Below, one piece after another: positions 1 through 9,702 of a stretch of DNA of 44,689 nt. The DNA lies in the NCBI GenBank assembly GCA_964645865.1, contig CAZYCG010000004.1, forward strand, positions 1 to 44,689, read 5' to 3'. The stretch comes from an uncultured Dehalococcoidia bacterium. GTDB taxonomy: Bacteria; Chloroflexota; Dehalococcoidia; Lucifugimonadales; OSU-TB39. Position numbers and translations under genes: made by a program. The notes beneath the pieces are model-generated. The model had not been told where the DNA came from, did not search any database, and was given only the letters and a program-made list of their open reading frames with translations. Every line of letters starts with the position of its first letter. Positions within the stretch are counted from its first letter, which is position 1.

Positions 1-28
1 TATACCAGTTCTTATATTAAATTTGTTG

Positions 29-712
29 TTATCTGATGTCATTTTCAAAAAAATATTTGGCGGTATTTATGTCATCTTTAGTGGTTAATTTAATGTTGTT
101 GTAAGATCCCATAAAGACGTTGACCTGGTTACCTAATTGTTCTACCAAAGAAGCGTCGTCTGTTACATCATTATTTATTTGTTCGTATGCCTTTTTTATA
201 ATCTCGTATTTAAATATTTGAGGAGTTTGGATAGACCATAAATTATCTCGAGGTATCGTATTGAGCACATTCTTGCCATCGACTTTTTTAATTGTGTCTG
301 TTACTGGCACAGCAGCAACGGCACTACCAGTGGTTTTTGCTGCTAGTAGGCCTTTTTCTATAATAGATTCGTTTATAAATGGTCTTGCACCGTCGTGAAT
401 TATTACCCATTTGGGGTTTTTAGATTTGGATAACCCATTTTTGACAGAGTCTTGCCTTCTTTCTCCTCCAATCGTAATATCAGTTATTTTATGCCATATT
501 GTATTTGGAAAAATCTGGACGGCATTTTTGTATAAGTCTTGAGATACAACCAATATAATCGATTGTATTAAACGACAATTATGAAATACACTCATTGTAT
601 GATGGATTAGAGGATCGTTTTTAAAAGGAAGCAACATTTTATTGATTCCTTTCATACGATTACCTTTGCCAGCAGCCAATATTATTGCAGTAACATTATC
701 ATTGGAATTCAT
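29..712 (-). CDS. ispD: 2-C-methyl-D-erythritol 4-phosphate cytidylyltransferase
   Basis: IILAAGKGNRM, GGERRQDSV, IHDGARPF, QTPQ, TDDASLVE and NIKLTT motifs. Confidence 0.95.
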   Translation of the reverse strand: MNSNDNVTAIILAAGKGNRMKGINKMLLPFKNDPLIHHTMSVFHNCRLIQSIILVVSQDLYKNAVQIFPNTIWHKITDITIGGERRQDSVKNGLSKSKNPKWVIIHDGARPFINESIIEKGLLAAKTTGSAVAAVPVTDTIKKVDGKNVLNTIPRDNLWSIQTPQIFKYEIIKKAYEQINNDVTDDASLVEQLGNQVNVFMGSYNNIKLTTKDDINTAKYFFENDIR

Positions 713-793
713 TTTCTGTTCGCATTGAATAGCGTATCTTAATAAGACCGGTACAAGTATACTACATGGATTAAATATAATACTAATTCGAAC

Positions 794-1957
794 ATGATTG
801 CTATCATATTAAAAAGAGTAATTTTCGATTTGATAGTTTTGCCTATTTTTTTAACTCTATTGGTAATTATATTTCTCGATGAAAAGGCAGTTTACAGGTC
901 TACTCTTTTAATAACTGAGCTGTTGCCAGGAATTTCGTTGCCTCTGTTGGATGGGCTGTATAGTTCTTCTGTTCATCAAACATTAGAACTAGAATTCGAG
1001 AATAAAATCATACAAGCAGATTTATATATGCCAAGTGGTAACCAAGATTCTCCTGCATTTATATTTTTTCTTGGAGTTTCTCCTGTTGAAAGAGGTTCAG
1101 ATCCACGAGTCGATAATCTTGTGAATACTTTGGCTGGATTAGGGATTGCTGTTTTGGTACCGTGGTTGGAGACGCAGGAAAAAGAAGTAGTTGTAAAAGA
1201 TGATATAGAATCATTGATTTATTTATTCGAATATCTGTCGGGTATGGATGGAATAGATAATACTAAGGTTGGTATGGGAGGGATTTGTACAGGTGCATCG
1301 ATGGTGGCTGTGGCTGCGAGTGATGATCGTATTAACCAAAAGGTTAAGTTTTTAAATTTATTTGCGGGTTACTATGATGCTTTTGATTTTATGGAATCTG
1401 TTTTAACTGAACAGAGATTTTATGATGGACGATTTCAGGATTGGAAACCAGATAGTCTTACGAAAAAAGTTATTTTAAGACAATTGGTTGAATCGATTTC
1501 TAATAGTCAAGATAAGGATTACCTGATTCGATTAATCTCAAATGAAGGTGCTAATATTCAAAATGAATTTCTCATTACAGATGAAGCTAAAGTCATTCAT
1601 TTGATAATATCTGATCCATATACAAACGATCTAGACGATTTATTTCAGCAATTACCACCCGAAACGATATCTTATTTGAATGGTATATCTCCAAGTAGCT
1701 TTACCAAAGGATTGAAAACCAATATTTTAATAATGCATGATAGAAATGATAAATTAGTGCCAGTAGAAGAATCCAGAAGATTTACCGATAGTTTAAAATC
1801 GCAAGAGTCAATTTATTACACAGAATTTTCTTCTTTTCAAAATCAAATTCAAGTTCACAAAGATGAAGATTCTAAAAACATTTCAATTGTGGATTACGCA
1901 AGAGAAGCATTAAAACTGCTTACTCATTTGTATGAGACCATGAAACAAGTTTCTTAG
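794..1957 (+). CDS. N-terminally membrane-anchored alpha/beta-hydrolase-fold protein
   Basis: Hydrophobic N-terminus; ADLYMP strand; nucleophile-elbow-like GMGGICTGA; ILIMHDRNDKLVP acid motif. Confidence 0.6.
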   Translation: MIAIILKRVIFDLIVLPIFLTLLVIIFLDEKAVYRSTLLITELLPGISLPLLDGLYSSSVHQTLELEFENKIIQADLYMPSGNQDSPAFIFFLGVSPVERGSDPRVDNLVNTLAGLGIAVLVPWLETQEKEVVVKDDIESLIYLFEYLSGMDGIDNTKVGMGGICTGASMVAVAASDDRINQKVKFLNLFAGYYDAFDFMESVLTEQRFYDGRFQDWKPDSLTKKVILRQLVESISNSQDKDYLIRLISNEGANIQNEFLITDEAKVIHLIISDPYTNDLDDLFQQLPPETISYLNGISPSSFTKGLKTNILIMHDRNDKLVPVEESRRFTDSLKSQESIYYTEFSSFQNQIQVHKDEDSKNISIVDYAREALKLLTHLYETMKQVS

Positions 1958-2025
1958 ATTTTCAATAGGTTTGTTTTGTTGTAAACTTTGATATTAAGGT
2001 TTTATTGGAGTCAATATAAATTTAT

Positions 2026-2508
2026 ATGGCAAACAATTATTGGATGATCGTTCAGACAGAAGAAAATTATAAGATAACCTCTGATAGAGGTTTTGATTTA
2101 GTTGGGTTGACAAAACGACAGCGTAAGCGTGCTCAAAGAATCGAACCTGAAGATCGGTTATTATTTTATATCTCGGGTGTGAAAAAATGGGTAGCGACTG
2201 CCTATATCGAATCAGAATGTTTTGAAGATGAAGAAATAATTTGGGAATCTATAGGGAATCGTAATGAAACATATCCGTATAGAGCAAAGATTAGAAAAGG
2301 CATTGCTCTTAAACCAGATAAATATATTAATGGTTTGGAGTTGGGTCCAACTCTTGAGTATACAAAAAGATGGTCTCCAAAATTATGGTATCTTGCTTTT
2401 GTAGATACTATACATTTATTGCCCCAAAGAGATTTCAATTTGATTGAAAATGAAATGAGAAGAACTTTGAAAAAAAAGCTAGTGGAAGTTAAGTCAGAAA
2501 ATGAGTAG
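2026..2508 (+). CDS. EVE (PUA-like) domain protein
   Basis: NYWMIV start, IEPEDRLLFYISG and YPYR motifs typical of EVE domains. Confidence 0.8.
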   Translation: MANNYWMIVQTEENYKITSDRGFDLVGLTKRQRKRAQRIEPEDRLLFYISGVKKWVATAYIESECFEDEEIIWESIGNRNETYPYRAKIRKGIALKPDKYINGLELGPTLEYTKRWSPKLWYLAFVDTIHLLPQRDFNLIENEMRRTLKKKLVEVKSENE

Positions 2509-2564
2509 CATTTGGGATGCAGAAATTTATTTATGCGGTTAAATCCGTTTATGGTATTCAATAA

Positions 2565-3128
2565 ATGAAAACTATGCTAAAACAAGCATTTAATGTTGCT
2601 TTATTAAAATCGTCTCCCACGGACCGAGTTGTTAATGATCCAGATTCGATATTACATTCAACTGGTATAGTGTTGTTAGTAGGAATCTCTTTCACGCTAG
2701 GCTTGTCGGGTATTTTTGACCCAAAATTTACAGAAGATCAATCATGGGGTGGATTAAGCGACAGATTCATAGCTTTGTGGATTATTATAATAACTACTTT
2801 GGTAGGTTGGATTTTATGGTCATGTTCTGTATATTTGTTTGCTTCGAAGTTTTTAGGTAGCGGAGCCCATTTTAAATTGATTATGAGGTCACTCGGGATT
2901 TGTTATTTGCCTGGTATTTTATTAGCTTTCATAAAAAATCCATATAATGAAAGTTTTCCTGTGGGTCCAATATTGTTTGGTATAGGAATGGTGTGGATAT
3001 TGGTATCTGCGATTAAAATTAATCTAAAAGTGCAGGATATAGATTGGGTTGGAGGTATACTTGCAATAGTTCCTGGTTGGTTTTTGGCTGGATTGATATT
3101 CAATCTTTTGATGAGTTGGTTTACCTGA
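2565..3128 (+). CDS. Yip1-like multi-pass membrane protein
   Basis: About 5 hydrophobic segments; ASKFLG...F..IMRSLG.CY.P pattern like bacterial Yip1 proteins. Confidence 0.55.
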   Translation: MKTMLKQAFNVALLKSSPTDRVVNDPDSILHSTGIVLLVGISFTLGLSGIFDPKFTEDQSWGGLSDRFIALWIIIITTLVGWILWSCSVYLFASKFLGSGAHFKLIMRSLGICYLPGILLAFIKNPYNESFPVGPILFGIGMVWILVSAIKINLKVQDIDWVGGILAIVPGWFLAGLIFNLLMSWFT

Positions 3129-3152
3129 TAATTGGTTCATAGTGGGTTATGC

Positions 3153-3953
3153 ATGCATAATATTATTTTGAATAGACCTATAATATTTTTAGATTTTGAA
3201 ACAACTGGACTTGATATTGATTTTGACAGAATAGTAGAGTTTACAACACTTAAAGTTTATCCTGATGGATCTAATCAGATAAAAAGCGAAATATTGAATC
3301 CAGGTATTTCTATTCCTTCAGTCGCAACAAGCATTCATGGTATTTCTGATAAAGATGTTGAGAGTAAACCGAAATTTATCGAATATGCTAAATCTTTGTA
3401 TGAATTTTTTTCTGATTGTGATATTGCAGGTTACAATGTGAAAAAGTACGATGTGCCTCTTATGGTAAATGAATTCAAGCGAGTTGATATCGATTTTGAT
3501 ATTGATTTACATACAATAATTGACTCAATGATAATTTTTCATTCCTTGGAACCTTTGGAACGACCTCGAGATTTGACAGCAGCTTATAAAAAATATTGTG
3601 GAAAAGAATTAATAGGAGCACATAGCTCTAAAATTGACGTTGAGGCGACCATGGAAATTCTTGATGCACAAATCAAACATTACCCTCAGTTACCGAATAC
3701 TATAGAAGCAATAAATAAGTTTTTTAATGGGAAACAACCAAATTGGATAGACGAACAAGGTAAAATAATTACTTCTGAAAAAGGTGTGGTTTTTGGTTTT
3801 GGTAAATACCGAGGCGAATTAATTTCTGAAGTGATAAAAACGGATGATGATTACATTAACTGGATTTTAGATGCAGATTTTTCATCTGAAATAAAGCAAT
3901 ACATTACGCAACACTTAAATGAAAATAGAGCTATCTCAGATGAATTCAAATGA
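3153..3953 (+). CDS. DEDDh 3'-5' exonuclease (DnaQ/Pol III epsilon-like) with C-terminal FGKY-type domain
   Basis: ExoI FLDFETTG, IHGI, ExoII GYNVKKYD, ExoIII AHSSKID; C-terminal FGFGKYRG...YINWIL; ATG at 3153 preferred over TTG at 3132. Confidence 0.88.
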   Translation: MHNIILNRPIIFLDFETTGLDIDFDRIVEFTTLKVYPDGSNQIKSEILNPGISIPSVATSIHGISDKDVESKPKFIEYAKSLYEFFSDCDIAGYNVKKYDVPLMVNEFKRVDIDFDIDLHTIIDSMIIFHSLEPLERPRDLTAAYKKYCGKELIGAHSSKIDVEATMEILDAQIKHYPQLPNTIEAINKFFNGKQPNWIDEQGKIITSEKGVVFGFGKYRGELISEVIKTDDDYINWILDADFSSEIKQYITQHLNENRAISDEFK

Positions 3954-3965
3954 CATAGCTCTATT
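3924..3965. terminator. Hairpin at convergent exonuclease/glnII junction, likely bidirectional terminator
   Basis: AATAGAGCTAT (3924-3934) and its perfect reverse complement ATAGCTCTATT (3955-3965), with inner TCA/TGA pairing. Confidence 0.6.
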
Positions 3966-4003
3966 AGTTGGCTGCTAGAGAGTTAACTTTTAGTATTTAT
4001 AAC

Positions 4004-5005
4004 TTATTTACTTGCCGCTCCGCAAACAGTGTCAATAATAATTCTAGTGGATAGGTAAGGATCGACATTAGCATTAGGTCGGCGATCTTCTATATATCCT
4101 TTTTTGTCTCGTGCAACTTGCCAAGGTATTCTTATTGAAGCACCTCTATCTGAAACACCATAAGAAAAATCCTTGTAACTTGCTGTTTCATGCAGGCCTG
4201 TTAACCTATCTTCAATGCCTGCTCCGTAAGCCGCAATATGTTCTTTTGTTTTAGTACCTAAAGCTTCAGCAGCAGCAATACATGCATCATAATTTCCTCT
4301 CATCTCGTTAGTAGAGAAATTGGTGTGTGCACCTGCTCCATTCCAGTCTCCCTGTACAGGTTTCGCTGCAAGGGACACAGTTACTCCATAATTTTCAGCT
4401 ATTCTAGATAATAACCACCTAGCGATCCATAATTCATCTGCAACTTGTGGAGCCGCAACCGGTCCTATTTGAAATTCCCATTGTCCTGGCATAACTTCAG
4501 CATTTATACCTGCTATATGTAAACCAGCTTCTATGCATGCGTCCATATGTTCTTCTACTATATCTCTTCCAAAAATAACGTCCGAACCTACAGCGCAATA
4601 ATAATCACCTTGCGGTGCTGGAAATCCACCTTCTGGCCAACCTAAAGGAGCATTACCATCAAAAAAAGTATATTCCTGTTCGATTCCAAACCAAGTGTCA
4701 TATTTATTGTATTTACTCGAGGATGCTTCACATGCCGCTCTGGTATTGCTTGGATGTGGAGTCATATCGGGTAGGAGTGTTTCGTTCATTACAATTACAT
4801 TGTCTCCTCCACGTATAGGGTCTGGTACCGTCAATACTGGATTTAAGACTACATCTGAACTTTCTCCTTCAGCTTGTTGTGTACTGGAGCCATCAAAACC
4901 CCAAACAGGAGGTGTCTCTCCATCCGCGACAACTTTTGTTTTCGATCGTAAATGCGCAGACGGAGTATTGCCGTCTAGCCATAAGTATTCTGCTTTATAT
5001 ACCAC
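4004..5005 (-). CDS. glnII: Glutamine synthetase type II
   Basis: AEYLWLDG, LRSKT, WGFDGSST, WFGIEQEY, INAEVMPGQWEFQIGP, WNGAGAH, RLTGLHET, EDRRP; GTG at 5005 preceded by GGAGGA. Confidence 0.93.
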   Translation of the reverse strand: MVYKAEYLWLDGNTPSAHLRSKTKVVADGETPPVWGFDGSSTQQAEGESSDVVLNPVLTVPDPIRGGDNVIVMNETLLPDMTPHPSNTRAACEASSSKYNKYDTWFGIEQEYTFFDGNAPLGWPEGGFPAPQGDYYCAVGSDVIFGRDIVEEHMDACIEAGLHIAGINAEVMPGQWEFQIGPVAAPQVADELWIARWLLSRIAENYGVTVSLAAKPVQGDWNGAGAHTNFSTNEMRGNYDACIAAAEALGTKTKEHIAAYGAGIEDRLTGLHETASYKDFSYGVSDRGASIRIPWQVARDKKGYIEDRRPNANVDPYLSTRIIIDTVCGAASK

Positions 5006-5094
5006 TTTTATTCCTCCATTTAATTTAATATCCAATAATAACATGTATGAAAAGTTGATTTTGAGCAGAAATATTAAAATTTTATTACAATTTA

Positions 5095-6279
5095 TTAGGT
5101 TTTATCATCGCTATCAATAACCCAATCTGAATTAGCAAGTGGGCCTGGATTATCGTATCTGAATGTGCTGTACACTAACCCGGAAACACTAGGGTGATTT
5201 AGTAATTCTGATTCTTCTTCTGAAAATATGGGGTCCCATTGACGCGCAATATAAAGTTTAGTTTTTGAATTTTTTATATATTCGGAGTAGTCGTTTAGAT
5301 GTTCAATTAACTTTGGCATATTGTAGCCATCCAAATAGTTTTGTTTATATCCATATCCTCTATGCATAGGCCATAATTGATGCCATATTGAAGGACATTG
5401 AGAAGAATTTTGATTGATGATTAATTCATCAATCAAAGATTCTTTAATCCATTGGGGATAGTCAATAGTAGCATTGCCGAGAGGAGGACCAATAATATTT
5501 CCTCTTGCACATCCCACAGATAATTCTAGGTTTCTTAATTTAGTAGCCTCTCTCATTTCTTTGAGGAATAATGTAATATATTCCCCTAAAAGATCATGCC
5601 ACAGATTCAAGTCGAAATTTTCAGTGAGTATATCACGTCCGTATCGACTTAAATAATCTTCTCTTATTGGTTCATTAAATCCAAAAGCATCTGCATGTTC
5701 AGGTGGTTTTGCCTCTGTTCTAAAACAAAGGAATATTCCATCAAAGTCGTATCCTTTTAGAATTGAAATAAATTTATCAATCAAATATTTTCTAGCTTCA
5801 GGGTAGGCTAGGCATAATACTCCCCATTGCCTGATTTCTCCATTTCGATCAGTCAAAACAAATTCAGGATTTTCTCTTGTAAAATAACTTTGCCATGCAA
5901 AATGTTGGCCGTGCATTGCGTTGTGATGACTTTTCGCTCTTATTCTTGCTGGAGCTAAAGGCCAACCTTCACCAAAAATACTGACATAAGCGTGTGCTTT
6001 CAATCCCAGATCATGAGCCATTTCGGGTAACACTTCGAAATCATCCCAGTTTAATTCATTTTTTAAATTATTGACTGCTTTACGGTAGTTTTTTGCGTAC
6101 CGGTAATTACCAAATCTAGATGTACGGCCTTGGCGCCAATGTATTGATGATATGCCTAATTCGTTTTTCCAGATTTCCATTCTTTTGTATAATGAATCCG
6201 GGTTGTCTAATAGGCCGTCGCCCTCACCAAAAGTTAAATGGTCTCCCCATGATGCGCTAGCTATGTTATTTTTAAGCAT
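5095..6279 (-). CDS. Glycoside-hydrolase-like TIM-barrel protein (GHL10/DUF187-like)
   Basis: AHDLGLKAHAY, NPEFVL, LCLAYPEARKYL, YDFDGIFL, FGFNEP, W...ITLFLKE pattern; overlaps tatD stop. Confidence 0.55.
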   Translation of the reverse strand: MLKNNIASASWGDHLTFGEGDGLLDNPDSLYKRMEIWKNELGISSIHWRQGRTSRFGNYRYAKNYRKAVNNLKNELNWDDFEVLPEMAHDLGLKAHAYVSIFGEGWPLAPARIRAKSHHNAMHGQHFAWQSYFTRENPEFVLTDRNGEIRQWGVLCLAYPEARKYLIDKFISILKGYDFDGIFLCFRTEAKPPEHADAFGFNEPIREDYLSRYGRDILTENFDLNLWHDLLGEYITLFLKEMREATKLRNLELSVGCARGNIIGPPLGNATIDYPQWIKESLIDELIINQNSSQCPSIWHQLWPMHRGYGYKQNYLDGYNMPKLIEHLNDYSEYIKNSKTKLYIARQWDPIFSEEESELLNHPSVSGLVYSTFRYDNPGPLANSDWVIDSDDKT

Positions 6280-7072
6280 TTGTCATCCTTCCGTAATTAT
6301 TTTTTAATTTAGGTAAAAGTTCTAATATATTATTACAAGTGGTTCTTTTTACTTCATCGTAGTCGACCTTGTGAAGGTTACTTATTGTATTTGCTATATC
6401 TTTAATATGCTTAGGTTCAGTCCAATTTTCACGTTTCGACTTAAAAGGTTGTGGGGCACTGTCACTTTCCAAAACCATGTGGTCCAGTGATATGGTTGAT
6501 ACCACTTTCTGTAGTTTTTCTAACCTAGTTAGTGGTCTAGCTAACGATATGAAAAACCCCATATCTATAACTTTTTTTGCTAATGCCTCATCGCCTTGGA
6601 AGTAATGCATGGCACCTCCTACCTCGAAAGCTTGCTCTTCCTTTAATATTCTTAAAGTTTCATTATCTGCTTCTCTACTATGAAATATGATTGGCAATTT
6701 TAAGGTTTTAGCCATTCGTATTTGTAACCTAAAAGCATTATATTGCCATTCCCTATCAGGCATACCATCCAGAAAATCTAGACCTACTTCGCTTACTACG
6801 GTTACTTTTTCAGTTGAATTGGTGATTTTAATCAATTCGGTGATTGTTTGTTCTGTCAATGGGAATTTAATATCCATAGGGTGAATCCCAATACCACAAA
6901 ATAATTGGTCAAACTCTTTGGCCATATTTGCACATTGTTTTGAAGTTTCAAGTGTAGTGCCAGCAACAACTATTTTTGACACCTCAGATTGGAGTGCTCT
7001 ATTCAAAATATTTGGTATCTCTACGTTATCGAATTCATTGATGTGCGAATGACAGTCAACCAGATAACTCAT
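6272..7072 (-). CDS. tatD: TatD family metal-dependent hydrolase/DNase
   Basis: DCHSH, GIHP, EVGLD, FHSRE, MHYF and LESD motifs. Confidence 0.9.
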   Translation of the reverse strand: MSYLVDCHSHINEFDNVEIPNILNRALQSEVSKIVVAGTTLETSKQCANMAKEFDQLFCGIGIHPMDIKFPLTEQTITELIKITNSTEKVTVVSEVGLDFLDGMPDREWQYNAFRLQIRMAKTLKLPIIFHSREADNETLRILKEEQAFEVGGAMHYFQGDEALAKKVIDMGFFISLARPLTRLEKLQKVVSTISLDHMVLESDSAPQPFKSKRENWTEPKHIKDIANTISNLHKVDYDEVKRTTCNNILELLPKLKNNYGRMTNA

Positions 7073-7506
7073 GGATTTTCCTGTATAGCGTCATCTAAAG
7101 CTGACCACGATAACAGAGCACATTTTATGCGAATCGGGAAATGTTTAACTTGAGATAGTTTTAGTAACTCACCTAATTCCAAGCAGTTGTTTTCGTTGAT
7201 ATTACTATTTATATAATCAATGAATTTATTTTGTAATTTTGAGAGATGGGTGATTTGTTTGTTTATGATGGTTTCAGAAAGTAGGGAGCCGGCTGCTATG
7301 TTTATTTTACATCCTACGGTTTGAATGCCAACTTTTGATATTATGCCATTTTTGACAAGTAGCTGTATTTTAACTTCATCTCCGCAAAAAGGGTTTACGG
7401 AATTACCTGAATGAGTCTCATTAGACAAAAGCTCATTATTTCTAGGTCTAATACTGTGTTCCAGAATATTTTTGTCATACAGTTGAGCTAGCTTATCGCT
7501 TGGCAT
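7069..7506 (-). CDS. sufU: SufU/NifU-N family Fe-S assembly protein (second copy)
   Basis: NPFCGD, GCKI and RIKCALL keep three Cys plus Asp; overlaps sufS. Confidence 0.85.
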   Translation of the reverse strand: MPSDKLAQLYDKNILEHSIRPRNNELLSNETHSGNSVNPFCGDEVKIQLLVKNGIISKVGIQTVGCKINIAAGSLLSETIINKQITHLSKLQNKFIDYINSNINENNCLELGELLKLSQVKHFPIRIKCALLSWSALDDAIQENP

Positions 7507-8749
7507 GGGTGAAATATTTTATAGCTTCTTGGAGTGTATCTACGAGGATGTCTACTTCGGTGGTCGTGTTGTATAAATAAAGACTTGCTCTTGCTGTAGC
7601 TGGAACACCTAATATTTGCATTAAGGGCATAGTACAATGATGTCCAGTTCTAACAGCTATACCATAAGAATCCAGAAAAGTTCCAATGTCATGCGGATGT
7701 AAGTTCTCGGAGTAGAAAGAAATTATCCCTCCTCTTTTTTCAGGGTCTTCAGGTCCATATACGGTTATGTTGTCAAGTTTTTTAAATTGTTTTAATGCAT
7801 ACCCAATCAATGATTTTTCGTGTTGGTGAATATTGGACATGCCGATTTTATTTAAGTATTCAATTGCAGAGTCAAATCCTATTACGTCAGCTATATTAGG
7901 TGTTCCAGCCTCAAACCGCATTGGTAATTCGTTCCAAGTTGCATCTTTGAGAGTAGCCTGCAAGACCATTTCTCCTCCCCTAAAGAATGGCTCCATATTT
8001 TCTAGTATGGAATTTTTTACATAGAGGACGCCAATTCCAGTTGGCCCCAACATTTTGTGGCTTGAAAAGGCGAGAAAATCGCAATCAAGGTCAATTACGC
8101 TAACTGGCTCGTGAGGTACGCTTTGGGCTCCATCAACTAATATTTTCGCACCATGGTTATGAGCTATTTCTCCTATTAGTTTTACAGGATTAATTGTTCC
8201 TAATGAATTGGATGTGTGTACAATGCTTACCAATTTTGTCTTATCTGTGATTAAGGATTCAGCCTGATTTAAATCTAAAGTTCCATCTTTAAGAACAGAT
8301 ATAAACCTGAGCTCAGCTTTCTTGTCTTGCGCTAATTTTTGCCAAGGCAGTAAATTACTGTGATGCTCCATAGATGTCAAAACTATGTTGTCACCTGCAG
8401 ATATATTTTCTTCTCCCCAAGTACGCGCTACTAGGTTAAGAGATTCGGTCGTGTTTCTGGTCCATATAATATTGGCCGAAGATGTAGATGATATGAAATG
8501 TGATACTGATTCCCGAGATTTTTCAAATAAGTCGGTCGCTCGTTGACTGAGAGTATGGACGCCTCTATGCACGTTTGAATTATATTCTGAATAGTAGTTA
8601 GATATCGATTCTATTACTGTATTGGGTTTTTGGGAAGTCGCTGCGTTATCCATGTAAACCAACGGATGTCCGTTGATAGTTTGTTTAAGTATTGGAAAAT
8701 CATTTCTTATTTTGTTTAAATCCAATTGCGTTTTTTCAGTTGTTGACAC
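7493..8749 (-). CDS. sufS: Cysteine desulfurase SufS
   Basis: DNAATSQKP, NVHRG, MEHHSN, SSHKM (PLP Lys), RTGHHC catalytic Cys; GTG start. Confidence 0.96.
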   Translation of the reverse strand: MSTTEKTQLDLNKIRNDFPILKQTINGHPLVYMDNAATSQKPNTVIESISNYYSEYNSNVHRGVHTLSQRATDLFEKSRESVSHFISSTSSANIIWTRNTTESLNLVARTWGEENISAGDNIVLTSMEHHSNLLPWQKLAQDKKAELRFISVLKDGTLDLNQAESLITDKTKLVSIVHTSNSLGTINPVKLIGEIAHNHGAKILVDGAQSVPHEPVSVIDLDCDFLAFSSHKMLGPTGIGVLYVKNSILENMEPFFRGGEMVLQATLKDATWNELPMRFEAGTPNIADVIGFDSAIEYLNKIGMSNIHQHEKSLIGYALKQFKKLDNITVYGPEDPEKRGGIISFYSENLHPHDIGTFLDSYGIAVRTGHHCTMPLMQILGVPATARASLYLYNTTTEVDILVDTLQEAIKYFTHAKR

Positions 8750-8773
8750 TATTTAATCCTCGATTTCAGTTAT

Positions 8774-9172
8774 TTATTCGATTAAATCTGAGATAGTAGT
8801 AGAGTTCAGGACATCAGATACTGCTTTTTCAACTTTTTGCCAAACAGGTCTTTGTTCACAACAGGAAGTTTTTTCACATGAATCAGGTGCTTTGATACAT
8901 TCCAATAAGTTTAGCGGAGATCCAAGATGATTCATTACCATGTTTAGATTAATTTCATCTGGTTTAGTAGCTAGACTGTGTCCGCCATTTGGACCAGTTT
9001 CAGATTTTGTTAACCCTTTTTGTTGCAACGTAACTAATAGCTTAGATAAATATGGCTGAGGAATATTTTGTCTGTTAGCAATTTCAGATGCTTTAATTGG
9101 TGAAATTGATTGATTTTTTGCCAAATCTACTAATGCTCTAACTCCATAGTCTACCTGCATTGGTATATACAT
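8774..9172 (-). CDS. Rrf2 family transcriptional regulator with Cys cluster motif
   Basis: DYGVRALVDLA, IPQPYLSKLL, GPNGGHSL; C-x6-C-x4-C-C. Confidence 0.92.
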   Translation of the reverse strand: MYIPMQVDYGVRALVDLAKNQSISPIKASEIANRQNIPQPYLSKLLVTLQQKGLTKSETGPNGGHSLATKPDEINLNMVMNHLGSPLNLLECIKAPDSCEKTSCCEQRPVWQKVEKAVSDVLNSTTISDLIE

Positions 9173-9201
9173 TAATATCCTCCTAAGTTTTTTTGATATA
9201 G

Positions 9202-9672
9202 CTATTCTGTGGTAACGGTACCTTTTTGATCTTCAATCGCTGAATTCAATGTGTGCCAGCCTAATATCGCACATTTTATTCTAGCTGGATAAGCTGATAC
9301 ACCTGCTAGAGATTGTAAATCTCCTAGTATGGGTGATTCCTCAATAACTCCTGTATCATTGGTAATCATTGCATGAAATTCTTGGAATAGTTCCTTTGCT
9401 TCGTCCAATGACATGTTTTTTAATTTATCTGTCATCATTGATGCAGATGCCTGTGATATAGCACATCCTGAACCACTGAATTTTATGTCTGTTATTTCGT
9501 CTCCGTTTACTAATATGTATACCTTGATATTGTCTCCACAAAACGGGTTGAATCCCTCGGCATCATGGGTTGGATTAGGTATATCTCCGTAATTTTGAGG
9601 GTTTTGGTTGTGCTCAATAATTATGTCTTGATAGAGTTCATCTAAATCAGACTTATTGTCATAATCTGTCAT
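9202..9672 (-). CDS. sufU: SufU Fe-S assembly sulfur transfer protein
   Basis: LYQDIIIEH, NPFCGD, GCAISQASAS, RIKCAILGW. Confidence 0.93.
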   Translation of the reverse strand: MTDYDNKSDLDELYQDIIIEHNQNPQNYGDIPNPTHDAEGFNPFCGDNIKVYILVNGDEITDIKFSGSGCAISQASASMMTDKLKNMSLDEAKELFQEFHAMITNDTGVIEESPILGDLQSLAGVSAYPARIKCAILGWHTLNSAIEDQKGTVTTE

Positions 9673-9702
9673 TTTGAATTTTATTGTTCCTGTATGTTAG
9701 TT

